The position numbers and the translations under genes were made by a program. A stretch of DNA of 64,000 bases. Source: Desulfuromonadales bacterium (GTDB lineage: Bacteria; Desulfobacterota; Desulfuromonadia; Desulfuromonadales; SZUA-540). How positions within the stretch are numbered: the first letter of the stretch is position 1; the number at the start of each line of letters is the position of its first letter. This document shows, one piece after another, positions 59,982 to 64,000 of the stretch. The stretch covers positions 203,685 to 267,684 of the forward strand of contig JAWSUS010000001.1 in assembly GCA_033549025.1 (NCBI GenBank), given 5' to 3'. The notes beneath the pieces are model-generated. The model searched no databases, had not been told where the DNA came from, and saw only the letters and a list, made by a program, of their open reading frames with translations.

Positions 59982-60800
59982 TCACTGGCCGGGTTCAGGA
60001 TAAATCAATTTGAGCGTAGGCGCTTCCCATTGCAGCACATAACCCAAGCGCAAATTCGGTAGCGCAGCCAAGTAGTCAGGGATAAGGTCTTCCAGCGATC
60101 GGGCCTCTTCGCCGTGCTCCTGGCGGTACAGATCCAGAGCGCTCTGAACCATCAAGGCTTTATCAAAATTTTCAACCTCCTTAGCGTAACGCTCCTTAAC
60201 CCCCTCATGCTCTTCATTCTCGTAGAGCACCACCAACATATCCCTACCTGCGGCCAACTGCCCACCCCGGGCTCTCAGTTTACTGCTTAGCGAGGAAAAC
60301 CAAGTGGGCGCATCAGGCATTTGGGAAAGTTTCTCAAATATATCAGCGGCCTCGATCGGATCATTAAGGTACTTAAGATAATTAAAGGCCTGAAAAAAGG
60401 GAAAAAACAGATAGTCAGGATGAGCGGCGACGCCACGTTCAAGGATGTTGTTGGTTTCCGTAGCATACTCTTTGGAAATGTGGGGCAGAAATGACTGGGC
60501 AAAAAAATAAGTGTCTATAAACTTGGGATAGAGTTGCGCGCCTGTGTCGTAGTTCTGCGCCAGATTCGCAGCATAGGTCAGCTCGTCAAGACCCGTCAGA
60601 TTATTTCCACCCGTAAAAATAGCGGTCTTAACAAACAGGGAAAAGCCGGTCATATGCTGGCCATAACCACTGGCCACTTTTAGCGCCGGCGCCGGCATGG
60701 CGGGTGAAAGATAGCGGTCAGTCCAGTGAATTTCATTTTTGAACTGCCACCACAAACCGCCATAAACCAACAGGCAAATCAAGATAAGCAGGCGTTTCAT
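59982..60800 (-). CDS. Pilin-associated membrane-anchored helical protein (myxobacterial PilG / Xap-like)
   Basis: N-terminal TM, ILERG..HP, TPR-like helices; 4-nt overlap with the permease. Confidence 0.65.
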   Translation of the reverse strand: MKRLLILICLLVYGGLWWQFKNEIHWTDRYLSPAMPAPALKVASGYGQHMTGFSLFVKTAIFTGGNNLTGLDELTYAANLAQNYDTGAQLYPKFIDTYFFAQSFLPHISKEYATETNNILERGVAAHPDYLFFPFFQAFNYLKYLNDPIEAADIFEKLSQMPDAPTWFSSLSSKLRARGGQLAAGRDMLVVLYENEEHEGVKERYAKEVENFDKALMVQSALDLYRQEHGEEARSLEDLIPDYLAALPNLRLGYVLQWEAPTLKLIYPEPGQ

Positions 60801-61606
60801 TTGATATCCCGCGCATTGTAGATTTTTGCAGCCAGCACCAGGGCCAATCCGCAATAGAGCACAACATACAGGCTATCGAGCAGCAAACCAGACAGCGGCG
60901 GCAAACCATCCACCAGAATAACCAGCCCCTTGTAATCCCAGCGGTCAAAATTGGGAAAGAAAAAAGTCAGGCCCGTTAACGGGTGCCGACTGACGGAGGT
61001 GCCGCTTTTAAAGAATTCCATGGCCGCCGGCAAACCGTTGCAGATCAGATAGTAGGCGATGGTCAGCAGCAAAACACTAAAACCACCGCGCACCAGGCCG
61101 GAAAAGAGCGCAATCACTGCCAGCAACATGACCTGCAAACACAAAGCCCCACACCAGGACAGCACATACTCGGCCACACCCAGATGACTGAAGAATGCAG
61201 GACCTACCGAACCCTTGATTACCGCCAGAACCACATAACTGACCACAGCCAGCGTGCCATTCAGCACCAGCAACAGGCCGAACAATCCAACAAAAAGACC
61301 GACGACATATTCAGAGCGGGAAATCGGATGGGCCAGAAGCATCTGAATCACCCGGCGCTCTTCTCCCCAACTCATCACCTGCACCGCATGAAAGAGCAGA
61401 AAAAGCATGCCAGAAGCCCAGCCAATGGTCACAACGTAGTCCACCAGCACACGGCCGATATCGCGGGGTACGAAACCGAAGAAAAACAGACCACCGAGTT
61501 CGACAAACAGGGCCAGTAAAAAAAGCCCCAACAGGGCTCGTCGACGCATCCCGTCAATAAAAATCAGCCGCGAAAGAGCCAGGATTCGATTCAGCATAGC
61601 CATCAC
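60797..61606 (-). CDS. ABC transporter permease (myxobacterial PilI / Xap-like)
   Basis: Multiple TMs, EERRVIQMLLAHPISRSEYVVG ABC-2 loop. Confidence 0.85.
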   Translation of the reverse strand: MMAMLNRILALSRLIFIDGMRRRALLGLFLLALFVELGGLFFFGFVPRDIGRVLVDYVVTIGWASGMLFLLFHAVQVMSWGEERRVIQMLLAHPISRSEYVVGLFVGLFGLLLVLNGTLAVVSYVVLAVIKGSVGPAFFSHLGVAEYVLSWCGALCLQVMLLAVIALFSGLVRGGFSVLLLTIAYYLICNGLPAAMEFFKSGTSVSRHPLTGLTFFFPNFDRWDYKGLVILVDGLPPLSGLLLDSLYVVLYCGLALVLAAKIYNARDIK

Positions 61607-62349
61607 GCATCCATACCAATGGTTTTTAAAAAACTATCCACTATTGAAGAAGTGCCACAAGCTTGGGAAAGCTCGGTGGCGGTTCCTTCAAAACGCTTTT
61701 CGCCCTTGTGTAGAATCAACAAGCGGTCGGCGAGCCGGTCTACATCTTCCAGAATGTGGCTGCAAAAAAGAATGGTTTTCCCCTGGTTTTTCAAGCCGGC
61801 AACCAAGTCGGCTATCTGGGCCCGACCAATGGGGTCGAGGCCACTCATCGGTTCATCAAGAATCAGGAAAGAGGGATCATGCAGCAAAGCCAAAACAAAC
61901 CCGGCACGTTGTTGCATGCCTTTGGAGTAACTGCGAACCGGTTTCTTACGCGCCTCCCACAACCCGATAAGTTGCAATAAATACTCAGACCGCTCCTTCA
62001 CCAGTCGTTTGGCCAAGCCATGCGTTCTGCCGACAAAAAGAATAAGGTCAAGGATAGTCAAATTAGGCGGGAAGCTGGCGATTTCGGGGAGATAACCGAT
62101 GTCATGACGCAGCTGATTGTCTCTAACATCTTTGCCGCCAATCTCAATACTCCCCTGGTCCGGGCGAATGAAATCCATCAGCAATCGGATGCAGGTGCTC
62201 TTGCCAGCGCCGTTTGCACCGATCAGTCCGACTGTTTCACGTTCACCAACGGAGAAAGACACTCCTTTTAGGGCCGGCACAGAGACTTGTCCTAATTCTT
62301 TCTCGTAGGTCTTCCATACACTGGAAAAACTGACTTTTTCTATGCTCAT
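61603..62349 (-). CDS. ABC transporter ATP-binding protein (myxobacterial PilH / Xap-like)
   Basis: GANGAGKST, YSKGMQQR, ILDEPMSGLDP, CSH; start trimmed to MSIEK. Confidence 0.92.
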   Translation of the reverse strand: MSIEKVSFSSVWKTYEKELGQVSVPALKGVSFSVGERETVGLIGANGAGKSTCIRLLMDFIRPDQGSIEIGGKDVRDNQLRHDIGYLPEIASFPPNLTILDLILFVGRTHGLAKRLVKERSEYLLQLIGLWEARKKPVRSYSKGMQQRAGFVLALLHDPSFLILDEPMSGLDPIGRAQIADLVAGLKNQGKTILFCSHILEDVDRLADRLLILHKGEKRFEGTATELSQACGTSSIVDSFLKTIGMDA

Positions 62350-62373
62350 ATCAATAAAACTACTCAAGACAAA

Positions 62374-62404
62374 TGGGCGCAAACCCCATCGGGATTTGCG
62401 CCCA
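62374..62404 (-). terminator. Stem-loop after pilA
   Basis: TGGGCGCAAA...TTTGCGCCCA stem; weak T tail, so possibly a stability or attenuation hairpin. Confidence 0.6.
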
Positions 62405-62427
62405 CATTCTCGGATAAAAAACACTAA

Positions 62428-63078
62428 TTAACGGGCTGCCCAGTCAGTAGCATTGGCATGCGTGGGGCTAAGTGCAGCAGAAGTAAAATTGTCAATAGCG
62501 GTTGATGCAGGTACATCACCAACAACCAGGGTAGTTCCTTCACTGGCCTGCGCTTCTGAGAAGAATATTGCAGTCGTGTCACCATCAACACCATAATAGG
62601 TATTACCGTTTACATGTTTTGAAACACCTACAAAGGTCGCATTAGCGCTGAGTGTACCAACTACTTCCGCGTTAGTATTCGATGCCAGCATCACATTATT
62701 CCCCAAAGGAATCTGAACACCCCTGGCAGCCCCCTGTGCTGTTGCTTCAATGACAGGAACAAATGCACCGCCTGCGGGATTACCTGCTGGGCCAGTCAAT
62801 ATATTGGGCGCCGCGCCACCTGCGAACGCAGCAAATACTAGGGGATTTGCCTGCGCAGCCCAGTTAGAGCCACCAAAGACCTGCCAATCAGAAAAGAGCG
62901 CTGCTTGCGAGGTTGAAAGGTTTCGAATATCACTCTGCGCTGAGGAGTTGAATCCACGAACACGATAGGCGGCAAACTGAGGAATAGCGATAGCCGCCAG
63001 GATGCCGATGATCGCGACGACGATCAGCAGCTCGATGAGGGTGAAACCCTTTTCAGACTTTTTGAACTTGGTGAGCAT
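62428..63078 (-). CDS. pilA: Type IVa major pilin (long form, 205 aa mature)
   Basis: KG/FTLIELLIVVAIIGILAAIAIPQF; AGGAG RBS; directly downstream of pilR. Confidence 0.95.
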   Translation of the reverse strand: MLTKFKKSEKGFTLIELLIVVAIIGILAAIAIPQFAAYRVRGFNSSAQSDIRNLSTSQAALFSDWQVFGGSNWAAQANPLVFAAFAGGAAPNILTGPAGNPAGGAFVPVIEATAQGAARGVQIPLGNNVMLASNTNAEVVGTLSANATFVGVSKHVNGNTYYGVDGDTTAIFFSEAQASEGTTLVVGDVPASTAIDNFTSAALSPTHANATDWAAR

Positions 63079-63153
63079 GTTTTTGTACTCCTTTCAGGGG
63101 TTGATGGTTCATGCCAACGAACGGCACTGACTTCGTGTTATGACTTTTGCTCT

Positions 63154-63170
63154 AGCAAGGCACATACCAA
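63154..63170 (-). promoter_or_regulatory. Sigma54 (-24/-12) promoter of pilA
   Basis: Minus strand TTGGTATGTGCCTTGCT, i.e. GG-N10-GC. Confidence 0.8.
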
Positions 63171-63308
63171 AAACACATTTTTAAAGATTTTCTCAGTAAC
63201 ATCTTATTTTTAAACCGTTTTATTTTGCGCCCGCTATTGTTCCAAAAACCTTTTTGACGTTCTAACGCCAAAGGCCCGCAGATAGCCTCCCTTGACTGAC
63301 AATTATCG

Positions 63309-64000
63309 TCACTCTTCGTCCCCATCCGCCTCGATACCAAACTTGGCCAGACGGTAGCGGATGGAGCGGAAGGAGATGCCGAGCAGCTCAGCCGCTTTTT
63401 TACGCACACCACTGGTCTTATCCAAAGCCTTGAGCAGAATATCCTTCTCGATCGCACCAAGATAGGCGTCGATATCCAGGCCGGTGTCGGGAATCTGGCT
63501 GAACTGGCCTTCGGCAGTAATAGAATCGGCGACCAGATTGGTAGGCAGACAATCTTCCGTCAAGTCCTCCCCCTGCCCCAGAACCAGACAGCGCTCGACA
63601 ATATTCTCCAGCTCGCGGATATTGCCAGGCCAGCCGTAGTCCAGCAGGCGGCGCATGGCTTTTTCCCCGACATGCAGTCCTTTTTTACCCGTGAGCTTCT
63701 GGTAGAAATGCTCGATAAGCAGGGGGATATCGTCGCGGCGTTCTCGCAGGGGGGGCAGAGCCAGGCGGATGACGTTGAGGCGATAGAAGAGATCTTCGCG
63801 GAAGGTGCCGCTGGCAACCTCGGCCTCCAGATCTTTGTTGGTGGCGGCCACGACGCGCACATCGACGGGGATGTCGCGGGTGCCGCCGACACGCCGCACT
63901 TCGCGCTCCTGCAGAACGCGCAGCAGCTTGACCTGCATCATGGCGGGCAGTTCACCGATTTCATCGAGAAACAAGGTGCCACCATTGGCCACTTCAAAGA
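63309..64000 (-). CDS. pilR: Sigma54-dependent enhancer-binding regulator PilR (5' part outside window)
   Basis: [38 protein letters not shown]-terminal [19 protein letters not shown]; upstream of pilA. Confidence 0.9.
   Translation of the reverse strand, partial: FEVANGGTLFLDEIGELPAMMQVKLLRVLQEREVRRVGGTRDIPVDVRVVAATNKDLEAEVASGTFREDLFYRLNVIRLALPPLRERRDDIPLLIEHFYQKLTGKKGLHVGEKAMRRLLDYGWPGNIRELENIVERCLVLGQGEDLTEDCLPTNLVADSITAEGQFSQIPDTGLDIDAYLGAIEKDILLKALDKTSGVRKKAAELLGISFRSIRYRLAKFGIEADGDEE

Noticed and set aside
62428..63045. Calling the pilin electrically conductive
   Set aside because: By my count 18 F/Y/W in 205 aa with a 42-residue aromatic-free gap; the e-pilus criteria are contested and conductivity cannot be read from sequence.

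Overview
High-GC, mostly core chromosome from a Desulfuromonadales-like bacterium (Desulfuromonas/Geobacter type; inferred from gene content and order). In order it holds: guaA-guaB, an M42 peptidase, a PHP hydrolase, two atypical response regulators, miaB, typA, an unlisted 56-aa Zn-ribbon gene, a four-lipoprotein operon with lpoB, a Geobacter-type type II secretion operon with a divergent subtilase plus pseudopilin, sbcCD, a K+ channel, tRNA-Leu(TAA), mqnA, accBC, aroQ/aroB/aroK, an MglC-like roadblock gene, and the type IV pilus cluster pilQPONM-HTH-pilD-ABC-pilA-pilR. The standout is an intact, transposase-less IS200/IS605-type element at 22463-24097 encoding an IscB RuvC+HNH nuclease and its HEARO/omega RNA (an OMEGA RNA-guided system). 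Its ends can be placed to the base. It inserted between the Shine-Dalgarno and the ATG of the subtilase gene, so its predicted TAM (ATGAA) is that start codon. The same ATGA supplies the iscB stop codon, and the element end carries a possible replacement RBS. All calls come from reading the sequence and translations by eye; no searches were run.
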